64,000 bases of DNA from an uncultured Oscillospiraceae bacterium (GTDB lineage Bacteria; Bacillota; Clostridia; Oscillospirales; Ruminococcaceae), in assembly GCA_964525015.1 (NCBI GenBank), contig CAZGFY010000007.1, forward strand, positions 2,414 through 66,413, in the 5' to 3' direction. Positions within the stretch are counted from its first letter, which is position 1; every line of letters starts with the position of its first letter. The notes under the pieces were generated by a model. The model searched no databases, had not been told where the DNA came from, and worked only from the letters and a program-made list of their open reading frames with translations. The position numbers and the translations under genes are program-made. Of this stretch, positions 57,373 through 64,000 are shown piece by piece.

Positions 57373-57395
57373 AAAAGGAAAGGAATGAATATCTT

Positions 57396-58298
57396 ATGCT
57401 AGAATTCCATAAATTAAAATTAGAAGACTACAAGGAAATAGATGCTATCTTAAAAAAAGATAGTATTGAAAATGCAGAGCACTGCTTTTTACCGATGTAT
57501 ATTTGGTCTTATATATATCCTGTTTGCGTTAGCATTTATCAAAACACTGTTTTTATGCGAACACACGATAAAGATTCAAATGCAGATTGGTATTTAGCAC
57601 CAGCTGGCGATTTAGACTTCGAAACTTCTCTAAAATTAATTATAGAAGATAATGAAAAAAGGGGATATAAGCTAGTGATTTACAGCTTATCCGAAAAGCA
57701 AGAAAAAATAATAAAAGAAAAATACCAAGACTCTTTTAATATAGAATATAATAGAGATAACGCCGACTATATTTATCTAACCGAAGATTTAACTAAATTA
57801 GAAGGCAAAAAATATCAAAAAAAACGAAACCATATATCAAGATTTAAAAGAGATAATCCAGAATATGAATTTGTTTTAATAAATAAAGATAATGCTATGG
57901 AAGCTGAAGAATTTGAAGATAGCTGGTTTGAAAGATATCAAAGTGAATATAGCGATGATTTAGCCGGAGAAAGAGAAGCTATCGATGTTGTTTTAGAAAA
58001 TTTTGAAGAGCTTGATTTAATGGGGGCTATGATTAAAGTTAATGGTGAAATAGTGGCGATGACTGTTGCCTGTGCTATTAGCGAAAATATGGTTGATATT
58101 ATTATTGAAAAGGCTATTCACGAAGTTAATGGGGCATATGCTATTATCAACAATGAGTTTGCAAAAAATTGCCTGCAAGGATTTAAATATATAAATCGTG
58201 AAGATGATTTAGGGGAAGAAGGCCTCAGAAAAGCAAAACTTTCCTACTATCCAATTGAAATTAGAGAGAAAATTAATATTGAATATATTAAAAATTAA
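57396..58298 (+). CDS. Free-standing DUF2156-like protein (MprF C-terminal aminoacyl-transferase-like, tandem GNAT fold)
   Basis: 300 aa and soluble. KKYQKKRNHISRFKR and the C-terminal NREDDLGEEGLRKAKLSYYP resemble the LPG_synthase_C/DUF2156 family (recollection, unverified). Confidence 0.55.
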   Translation: MLEFHKLKLEDYKEIDAILKKDSIENAEHCFLPMYIWSYIYPVCVSIYQNTVFMRTHDKDSNADWYLAPAGDLDFETSLKLIIEDNEKRGYKLVIYSLSEKQEKIIKEKYQDSFNIEYNRDNADYIYLTEDLTKLEGKKYQKKRNHISRFKRDNPEYEFVLINKDNAMEAEEFEDSWFERYQSEYSDDLAGEREAIDVVLENFEELDLMGAMIKVNGEIVAMTVACAISENMVDIIIEKAIHEVNGAYAIINNEFAKNCLQGFKYINREDDLGEEGLRKAKLSYYPIEIREKINIEYIKN

Positions 58299-58326
58299 TA
58301 TATAGCAGAAAGGAAAAATATATAGT

Positions 58327-59139
58327 ATGATTTTAACTACTGCAAAAAATGAAGATATAGATTATTTAAAAGCCTTATGGAACACAGCGTTTGATGATGG
58401 AACAAAAGGCTACTGCGATTTTGCCTTTACATTATGCGATATAGAAAATATTTATATCTTAAAAGTGGAAGAAAAAATTGTTTCGATGCTTATGGCAATC
58501 GAAGTTTTTATAAAAGGTGAAAAAGGGTATTATTTATATAGTGCTTGCACTGATAGAAATTATCGAAATAAGGGATATATGAAGGCTTTAATTGAATTTT
58601 CATATAAAGATAGGATAGAAAAAGGGGATAAATTCTGTATAACTAAGCCCGATAATGATACCTTATTTCCGTTTTATGAAAAGGTTGGCTTTACTAAAAA
58701 AACATATCTTCGAGAATTTGAAACTGTTATTAAAAAGAATATGTGGGCATCAGCTGAATTTGATATACTAACATCATCACGAATGAAGAGTATGCGAAAA
58801 GAAAAATGCGAGATGGCGTATGCTGATTTTTCAAGTAAAGGATATGAAAAATTTGCAGAATATATATATTCATTCGGTGGCTCAACAGCTGAAAATAAAA
58901 ATGGATACTGCATTTATTATATTGAAAATAATAAAATGTTTGTAAGAGAGTTATTCTCAAAAAGAACAATTCACGCACTAGAGCTCCTTGAAGCTATAAG
59001 AGAGCGAACAGGGGTTGAAAGAGCGAGAATATCATTAAATGAAAACTCTGATTTATTTTTAGGTGAAGGCGTTTTAAGGCCATACTGCTTAATTAGGGGC
59101 ATTGATGAAGAAGTATATGCAAACTTAATGTTTGATTAA
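58327..59139 (+). CDS. GNAT-family acyltransferase with extra C-terminal domain
   Basis: Acetyl-CoA loop YRNKGYMKALIEF in the N-terminal half. The ~120-aa C-terminal extension is unassigned. Confidence 0.6.
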   Translation: MILTTAKNEDIDYLKALWNTAFDDGTKGYCDFAFTLCDIENIYILKVEEKIVSMLMAIEVFIKGEKGYYLYSACTDRNYRNKGYMKALIEFSYKDRIEKGDKFCITKPDNDTLFPFYEKVGFTKKTYLREFETVIKKNMWASAEFDILTSSRMKSMRKEKCEMAYADFSSKGYEKFAEYIYSFGGSTAENKNGYCIYYIENNKMFVRELFSKRTIHALELLEAIRERTGVERARISLNENSDLFLGEGVLRPYCLIRGIDEEVYANLMFD

Positions 59140-59164
59140 TTAAAAGAAGGGAATACAAAATATA

Positions 59165-60238
59165 ATGAAAAAAATTATTAAATTTTTAGTTTTGCTAATA
59201 GTTGTAGTGGCTATTGGGATAGGTGCTTATGCATTTAGCGAAATTAATGGCAAAAGCGAAGGTGAAGAAGTGATTGTCTCAGTTCCTATGGGAAGTGGAA
59301 CAAGTGTGATTGCCGATATTTTAGAAGAAAATAATGTAATTGGAAACGCCTTAGTTTTTAAAATCTACACAAGAGTAAACCCAGTTGATGGTTTGCAATA
59401 TGGAGATTTTACGCTAAGAGAAGATATGAGCTATGATGAAGTTATAACAGCGCTTCAAAGTATTGCATCTGTTAAAGAAACAGTGAGCGTTACATTTCCA
59501 GAAGGATTTACCTTAATTCAAATGGCACAAAGGCTAGAAAATGAAGGCCTATGCACAGCAGAAGAATTTATCGAAACTGCAAATAATGGGGATTTCTCTC
59601 AATTTGAATTTTGGACTGCTATTAATGATAATCCAAATAAATTTATGAAAGCTGAAGGATATCTATTCCCTAGCACCTATGAATTTTACACAGATGAAAC
59701 AGTTTATAATATAGTAGAAAGATTATTCGCTGAATTTGATAAAAGAATAACTGATGAAATGTATTTTCAAATGGACGCTATCGGAATGAGCCTTGATGAA
59801 GTTATCACATTAGCATCTTTTGTTCAAGAAGAAGCAGGACACCCAGATAATCAGCCATATGTTGCAGCTGTTTTAATGAATAGAATAGTGCCAAACAATG
59901 TTGTAATGAGATTAGAATGCAATGTTTGTAGCCATATTAATGAGCCAGGAAACTATGTTTATGATTATATAGTGCCATACTATGGTGGAGAAAACAATGT
60001 GCCAGCTGGAATGATGGAAGCTTATAATACTTATAAAATTGAAGGACTTCCACCAAGCCCAATTTCAAACCCAGGTATTGATGCTATAACAAACACATTA
60101 TGGCCAGCAGAAGATTTTGAAGAATATTATTTCTTCTTAACAGATTTAACAGGAAAATACTACTACTCTAAGACAGTAGCTGAACACGACAGAAACTGGG
60201 ATATTGCTCTTAGTATAAATGCAGGATTAAAAAAATGA
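59165..60238 (+). CDS. mltG: Endolytic murein transglycosylase MltG (YceG-like)
   Basis: N-terminal TM anchor, catalytic region EGYLFPSTYEF, SIVEKE-equivalent LASFVQEEA, and C-terminal GLPPSPISNPG. Confidence 0.88.
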   Translation: MKKIIKFLVLLIVVVAIGIGAYAFSEINGKSEGEEVIVSVPMGSGTSVIADILEENNVIGNALVFKIYTRVNPVDGLQYGDFTLREDMSYDEVITALQSIASVKETVSVTFPEGFTLIQMAQRLENEGLCTAEEFIETANNGDFSQFEFWTAINDNPNKFMKAEGYLFPSTYEFYTDETVYNIVERLFAEFDKRITDEMYFQMDAIGMSLDEVITLASFVQEEAGHPDNQPYVAAVLMNRIVPNNVVMRLECNVCSHINEPGNYVYDYIVPYYGGENNVPAGMMEAYNTYKIEGLPPSPISNPGIDAITNTLWPAEDFEEYYFFLTDLTGKYYYSKTVAEHDRNWDIALSINAGLKK

Positions 60239-61461
60239 TAAATAAAAAACCAGAAATACTATCACCAGCAGGTGATATTGAAAGATTAGAATACGCCTTT
60301 ACTTATGGTGCAGATGCAGTTTATCTAGGAGCCGAGGAATTTGGAATGAGAACTTCTTCTAAAAATTTCTCGCTAGAAGAACTTGAAAAAGCTGTGCAAA
60401 TGGCTAATAGCTTAGATAAAAAAGTTTACCTAACTTTAAATACAGTGCCAACAAACGAAGACGTTAAAAAAATGCCTGAATTTATTAAAAAGGTTTATGA
60501 TATTGGAATTCACGCAGTTATCGTTGCAGATTTAGGCGTTTTATCTATGGTAAAAGAAGTTGCACCAGATTTAGAAGTTCATTTTTCAACGCAGGTAGGA
60601 ATTGTAAACTATACTGCTGCTAATATGGCATATAAATTAGGGGCAAAAAGAGTTGTTTTAGCTAGAGAGTTATCTTTTGAAGATATTATAACAATAAGAG
60701 AAAACACCCCAGAAGATTTAGATATCGAATGCTTTGTTCACGGGGCAATGTGTATGTCTTTTTCAGGCAGATGCCTATTATCCCACTACTTAACTGGTAG
60801 AGATGCAAACAAAGGGGAATGTGCTCAGCCTTGCAGATGGGAATGGACTTTAAGCGAGAAAAAAAGGCCGAATAAGTTTTTTGATATAGCTGAAGATGAA
60901 TATGGCTCAGCGTATATTATGAACGCCGATGATTTATGTATGGCACCATATATAGATTTACTTGTAAAAGCAGGGATAACTAGCCTTAAAATTGAAGGAC
61001 GCTCAAAAAGCTTTTACTATGTTGCATCAGTAACATCGGCTTATAGAAAAGCGCTAGACACCTATTTACAAGATACTGAAAACTTTGTTTGTCCAAATGA
61101 AGTGCTAGAAGAACTTACAAAAACTAGCCATAGAAACTATTCAACTGGATTTTACTTTGGAGCAGAAAACGCAACGCAAACAACTAATACTTCAAGCTAT
61201 ATAAGAGAATATGATTTATTAGCAGTTGTTTTAAGAACTGAAAATGGAACTTTATTCGCTCAGCAAAGGGGCAAATTTGAACTTGGAGATGAAATAGAAA
61301 TTTTACAGCCAAATGGAGAGAATATCCTATTTACTCCAGAAAAAATATTTGATGAAAAAGGAGAAGAAATATCTTCAACTCCACATTCAATGATGAATTT
61401 TAGCTTTAAAATAGACCTTGATATCCCAAGGCTGTCGATTATAAGAAGAAAAGCAAAGTAA
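60235..61461 (+). CDS. Peptidase U32 family protein
   Basis: The U32 signature ECFVHGAMCMSFSGRCLLS matches the PROSITE-type pattern E-x-F-x2-G-[SA]-[LIVM]-C-x4-G-x-C-x-[LIVM]-S. Confidence 0.9.
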   Translation: MINKKPEILSPAGDIERLEYAFTYGADAVYLGAEEFGMRTSSKNFSLEELEKAVQMANSLDKKVYLTLNTVPTNEDVKKMPEFIKKVYDIGIHAVIVADLGVLSMVKEVAPDLEVHFSTQVGIVNYTAANMAYKLGAKRVVLARELSFEDIITIRENTPEDLDIECFVHGAMCMSFSGRCLLSHYLTGRDANKGECAQPCRWEWTLSEKKRPNKFFDIAEDEYGSAYIMNADDLCMAPYIDLLVKAGITSLKIEGRSKSFYYVASVTSAYRKALDTYLQDTENFVCPNEVLEELTKTSHRNYSTGFYFGAENATQTTNTSSYIREYDLLAVVLRTENGTLFAQQRGKFELGDEIEILQPNGENILFTPEKIFDEKGEEISSTPHSMMNFSFKIDLDIPRLSIIRRKAK

Positions 61462-61477
61462 GAAAGGAATTTTAATT

Positions 61478-62029
61478 ATGAATGCAATTGAATTATTAAC
61501 CAAAAGAAGAAGTGTCAGAAGATACACAGAAACTCCTGTATCAAGCGAAGTTTTAAAAGAAATAGTTGATATTGCAAAGTTTTCTCCATCTTGGGCAAAC
61601 ACTCAAACAACAAGATACAACTTTGTGACTAGTGAAAATCTATTAAAAGAAATTGCCCAAAATGGCGTTAGAGGACATGTTTACAATAAAAAGGCTATTG
61701 ATAGAGCAAAAGGCATATTAGTTTTAACATATGTTGAAGGTGTAAGTGGCATTTTAGAAGGAAAAGTTGAAGATACAAACGGCGAAAACACTGCTAAATG
61801 GGAAGTGTTCGACGCTGGTATTGCTTGCCAAACTTTCTGCCTTGCAGCATATGAAAAAGGCGTTGGAACTTGTATTTTTGGCGTTATAGACGATGAGAAA
61901 ATTGCAAAAATAATTAATCTTCCTGAAAACGAAAAAGTTGCGGCAATTATAACTTATGGATATTTTGAAGATGAAGGAAAAGCTGCACCGCCAAGAAAAG
62001 AAACAGAAGAATTAATGAAAGTTCTATAA
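61478..62029 (+). CDS. Nitroreductase-family protein
   Basis: LLTKRRSVRRYT N-terminal FMN-binding motif, ~180 aa. Confidence 0.85.
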   Translation: MNAIELLTKRRSVRRYTETPVSSEVLKEIVDIAKFSPSWANTQTTRYNFVTSENLLKEIAQNGVRGHVYNKKAIDRAKGILVLTYVEGVSGILEGKVEDTNGENTAKWEVFDAGIACQTFCLAAYEKGVGTCIFGVIDDEKIAKIINLPENEKVAAIITYGYFEDEGKAAPPRKETEELMKVL

Positions 62030-62033
62030 AAAT

Positions 62034-62063
62034 AAAGCCTGCTAAAATTTTAGCAGGCTTTTT
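62034..62063 (+). terminator. Intrinsic terminator
   Basis: AAAGCCTGCTA / TAGCAGGCTTT stem followed by TTTG. Confidence 0.8.
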
Positions 62064-62101
62064 GTATGCGAAATATATTTTATATATAAATAAAAAAACT
62101 C

Positions 62102-62130
62102 TTGACAATATTAAAAAATGGTGATATCAT
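62102..62130 (+). promoter_or_regulatory. Strong sigma-A-type promoter in the amt leader
   Basis: TTGACA 62102-62107, a 17-nt spacer ending in TGa, TATCAT 62125-62130 (extended -10). Confidence 0.55.
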
Positions 62131-62154
62131 AAGTCCCATAAGATACAGCAAAGG

Positions 62155-62187
62155 CGCTGTGAACAATGTGGTTCACAGCGTTTTTTT
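62155..62187 (+). terminator. Leader terminator 1
   Basis: Perfect 10-bp stem CGCTGTGAAC / GTTCACAGCG, loop AATGTG, then TTTTTTT. Lies only ~20-50 nt downstream of the predicted transcription start. Confidence 0.75.
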
Positions 62188-62268
62188 GTATATTATAAGA
62201 TTTTTAAATAATTTTACTATATTTAGTATACCGGTTGCTATTTTAGTGAAATAACATTTAACACAAAG

Positions 62269-62324
62269 GTGTGTTCATTACAAGCTAATATTTTAGCTTG
62301 TAGTAAACACACTTTCTTTTTTTT
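62269..62324 (+). terminator. Leader terminator 2, abutting the amt SD
   Basis: Composite stem GTGTGTT..TTACAAGCTA / TAGCTTGTA..AACACAC followed by TTTCTTTTTTTT, then GGAGG at 62325. Confidence 0.65.
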
Positions 62325-62337
62325 GGAGGTTATGATT

Positions 62338-64000
62338 ATGAGTGAAGTTTCAGTAGCAGTTTTTGGAGTATGGTTTTTAATAGGTGCGGTTTTAGTTTTC
62401 TTTATGCAGGCTGGATTTGCAATGGTGGAAACAGGATTTACAAGAGCGAAAAATGCAGGGAATATCATTATGAAAAATCTAATGGATTTTTGTATTGGTA
62501 CAGTTATGTTCATTTTAATAGGTTACAGTTTATTGCTAGGTGAGGATTGGCTGGGGATAATTGGTTTGCCAAGTTTTGATATATTTAGTAATTATGAAAA
62601 CTTTAACTGGTCAGGGTTTATTTTTAATCTAGTGTTCTGCGCAACAACTGCAACAATCGTTTCAGGTGCTATGGCAGAACGTACAAAATTTATATCTTAT
62701 TGTGTTTACTCAGCTCTAATTAGTGGTATAGTATATCCGATTGAGGCGCACTGGATTTGGGGTGGTGGCTGGTTAGCACAAATGGGGTTTCACGATTTTG
62801 CAGGCTCAGCAGCTATACATATGGTTGGTGGTGTGGCAGCATTAATCGGTGCTAAAATTCTAGGTGCTAGAATAGGAAAGTTTTCAACAGATAAAAATGG
62901 GAAGGTGAATAAAGTTAACGCTATTCCAGGTCACTCACTAACTTTAGGTGCACTAGGTGTGTTTATCTTATGGTTTGGTTGGTATGGGTTTAACGGTGCA
63001 GCAGCAACTAGTGTTGAACAATTAGGCTCAATTTTTGTAACTACTACAATTGCACCAGCAGTTGCAGCAGTAGTTTGCATGGTAGTTACTTGGAAAATGT
63101 ATAAAAAACCAGATGTTTCTATGTGTTTGAATGCAGCCCTAGGTGGATTAGTAGGAATTACAGCTGGATGTAATGTTATGGATGCTATGGGCTCAATAAT
63201 AGTCGGTGCAGTGGCAGGTGTGTTAGTTATATTTGGTGTATGGCTATTAGACTATGTTCTTAATATAGACGACCCAGTTGGTGCAGTGGCTGTGCATATG
63301 ATGTGTGGCATATGGGGAACAGTAGCCGTAGGGTTATTTGCAACCCCGACAGCACCAGATTCAAGTATCACAGGGCTATTTTACGGTGGTGGGATAAGTC
63401 AGCTTATGGTTCAATTAATCGGAGTTGTGTCAGTGTGTGCATGGACAGCAGTAACAATGACAGCTGTGTTTTTCTTAATTAAAGCAACAGTTGGTCTGCG
63501 CGTTACAGCAGAAGAAGAAGTAGCTGGCTTAGATATGGAAGAACATGGGCTTGCTAGCAGTTATGCTGATTTTATGCCTGCGCCAATGGGCACAGATTTA
63601 AAGCCATATGTTACTGCTAGTGATATATCTTCAATTAATATGGATAAAGCAATTCCAGTGATAAATAAATCACAAGAAAATGCTAAAATGACAAAAGTAG
63701 TAGTGGTGACAAATCAAGCAAAATTCGAAAATTTAAAATCTGCTCTTGATGATATAGGTATCACAGGAATGACAGTTACACAGGTATTAGGTTACGGTGT
63801 TCAAAAAGGTGGAAACTACTATCGTGGGGTAGAAGTGGAAGCGAAATTAATGCCAAAAGTAAAAGTTGAAATTGTAATAAGTAAAATCCCAGTAGCACTA
63901 TTAGTGGAAACGGTTAAAAAAGCGTTATACACTGGTAGTATGGGGGATGGTAAAATATTTATCTACGATGTTGAGGAAGTTGTTAGAATTAGCACTGGTG
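62338..64000 (+). CDS. amt: Ammonium transporter (Amt) fused in frame to a C-terminal P-II (GlnB/GlnK-like) domain, 3-prime end beyond window
   Basis: Not in the ORF track because no stop occurs before the window end. Own translation gives MSEVSVAVFGVWFLIGAVLVFFMQAGFAMVETGF, FHDFAGSAAIHMVGGVAALIGA and DDPVGAVAVHMMCGIWGT (Amt). After a ~45-aa linker it continues MTKVVVVTNQAKFENLKSALDDIGITGMTVTQVLGYGVQKGG ... GSMGDGKIFIYDVEEVVRISTG (P-II). ATG 62338 and codon 63688 share a frame. I translated 63481-64000 and saw no stop. Confidence 0.8.
   Translation, partial: MSEVSVAVFGVWFLIGAVLVFFMQAGFAMVETGFTRAKNAGNIIMKNLMDFCIGTVMFILIGYSLLLGEDWLGIIGLPSFDIFSNYENFNWSGFIFNLVFCATTATIVSGAMAERTKFISYCVYSALISGIVYPIEAHWIWGGGWLAQMGFHDFAGSAAIHMVGGVAALIGAKILGARIGKFSTDKNGKVNKVNAIPGHSLTLGALGVFILWFGWYGFNGAAATSVEQLGSIFVTTTIAPAVAAVVCMVVTWKMYKKPDVSMCLNAALGGLVGITAGCNVMDAMGSIIVGAVAGVLVIFGVWLLDYVLNIDDPVGAVAVHMMCGIWGTVAVGLFATPTAPDSSITGLFYGGGISQLMVQLIGVVSVCAWTAVTMTAVFFLIKATVGLRVTAEEEVAGLDMEEHGLASSYADFMPAPMGTDLKPYVTASDISSINMDKAIPVINKSQENAKMTKVVVVTNQAKFENLKSALDDIGITGMTVTQVLGYGVQKGGNYYRGVEVEAKLMPKVKVEIVISKIPVALLVETVKKALYTGSMGDGKIFIYDVEEVVRISTG

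Noticed and set aside
62158-62177. TnrA/GlnR box in the amt leader (TGTGA ... TCACA)
   Set aside because: The half-sites are separated by 10 nt, not the 7 nt of TGTNA-N7-TNACA. The palindrome is fully explained as the stem of terminator 1.
62155-62312. ANTAR-type dual hexaloop antiterminator target
   Set aside because: The loop AAUGUG of hairpin 1 fits the A1/G4 rule. However, that hairpin is itself a strong terminator. The second terminator's loop (AUAUUU) and the 4-nt loop of the small alternative helix do not fit, and the canonical two-small-hairpin arrangement is absent.
62238-62513. 91-aa minus-strand ORF
   Set aside because: It lies antisense to the amt 5-prime end and leader. The plus-strand Amt reading frame is unambiguous.

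Overview
Low-GC Firmicutes/Clostridia-type chromosomal segment. GC was counted only on a few 60-nt samples: about 20-25% in accessory-looking genes and 40% or more in core genes. It holds about 58 densely packed protein genes, mostly housekeeping, transport and signalling.

Gene order:
- phnC (cut by the window edge), phnE, phnE.
- A LacI regulator divergent from a CUT2 sugar ABC transporter, followed by a DUF4867-like gene, a FucI-like isomerase and an FGGY kinase.
- A signal-less gamma-glutamyltransferase coupled to an orphan AT-rich membrane protein.
- An EAL phosphodiesterase, three tandem DUF3592-like membrane paralogues, and phnA/yjdM.
- An extracytoplasmic FMN-bind/FAD reductase lipoprotein.
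- A 1363-aa composite c-di-GMP protein, a lipoprotein, and an APC permease.
- NrdR boxes, nrdD, nrdG, dut, then a GGDEF cyclase.
- A DUF4358-like lipoprotein / MBOAT / DHHW module, and an FMN-binding lipoprotein.
- Gx-transporter, groES, groEL.
- Peptidase E, GNAT, MerR, MscS.
- FMN riboswitch with ribU, then SAM-I riboswitch with metK.
- recD2, comFC, mreB-like, pcrA, thyX, tmk.
- A free-standing DUF2156-like gene plus a GNAT, then mltG, U32 and a nitroreductase.
- An ammonium transporter fused in frame to a P-II domain, running off the window.

I recognised no rRNA, tRNA, CRISPR, transposase, integrase or phage genes.

The most unusual structure lies directly after metK. There are two tandem ~2.2-kb units, each carrying a secreted protein gene plus a lipoprotein gene of families I do not recognise. 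The two gene pairs are strongly diverged from each other. Their flanks are nevertheless base-identical or nearly so: a 392-bp copy of the metK 3-prime end with its terminator, and a ~130-bp lipoprotein-gene tail with its terminator. The units are joined at a GCGAAA microhomology.

Other points worth a second look are the Amt-P-II fusion with its two-terminator leader, the composite c-di-GMP protein, the uncharacterised sugar locus, the GGT-coupled orphan gene and the MBOAT/DHHW module.

All family assignments come from motif recognition by eye. No database search was run.
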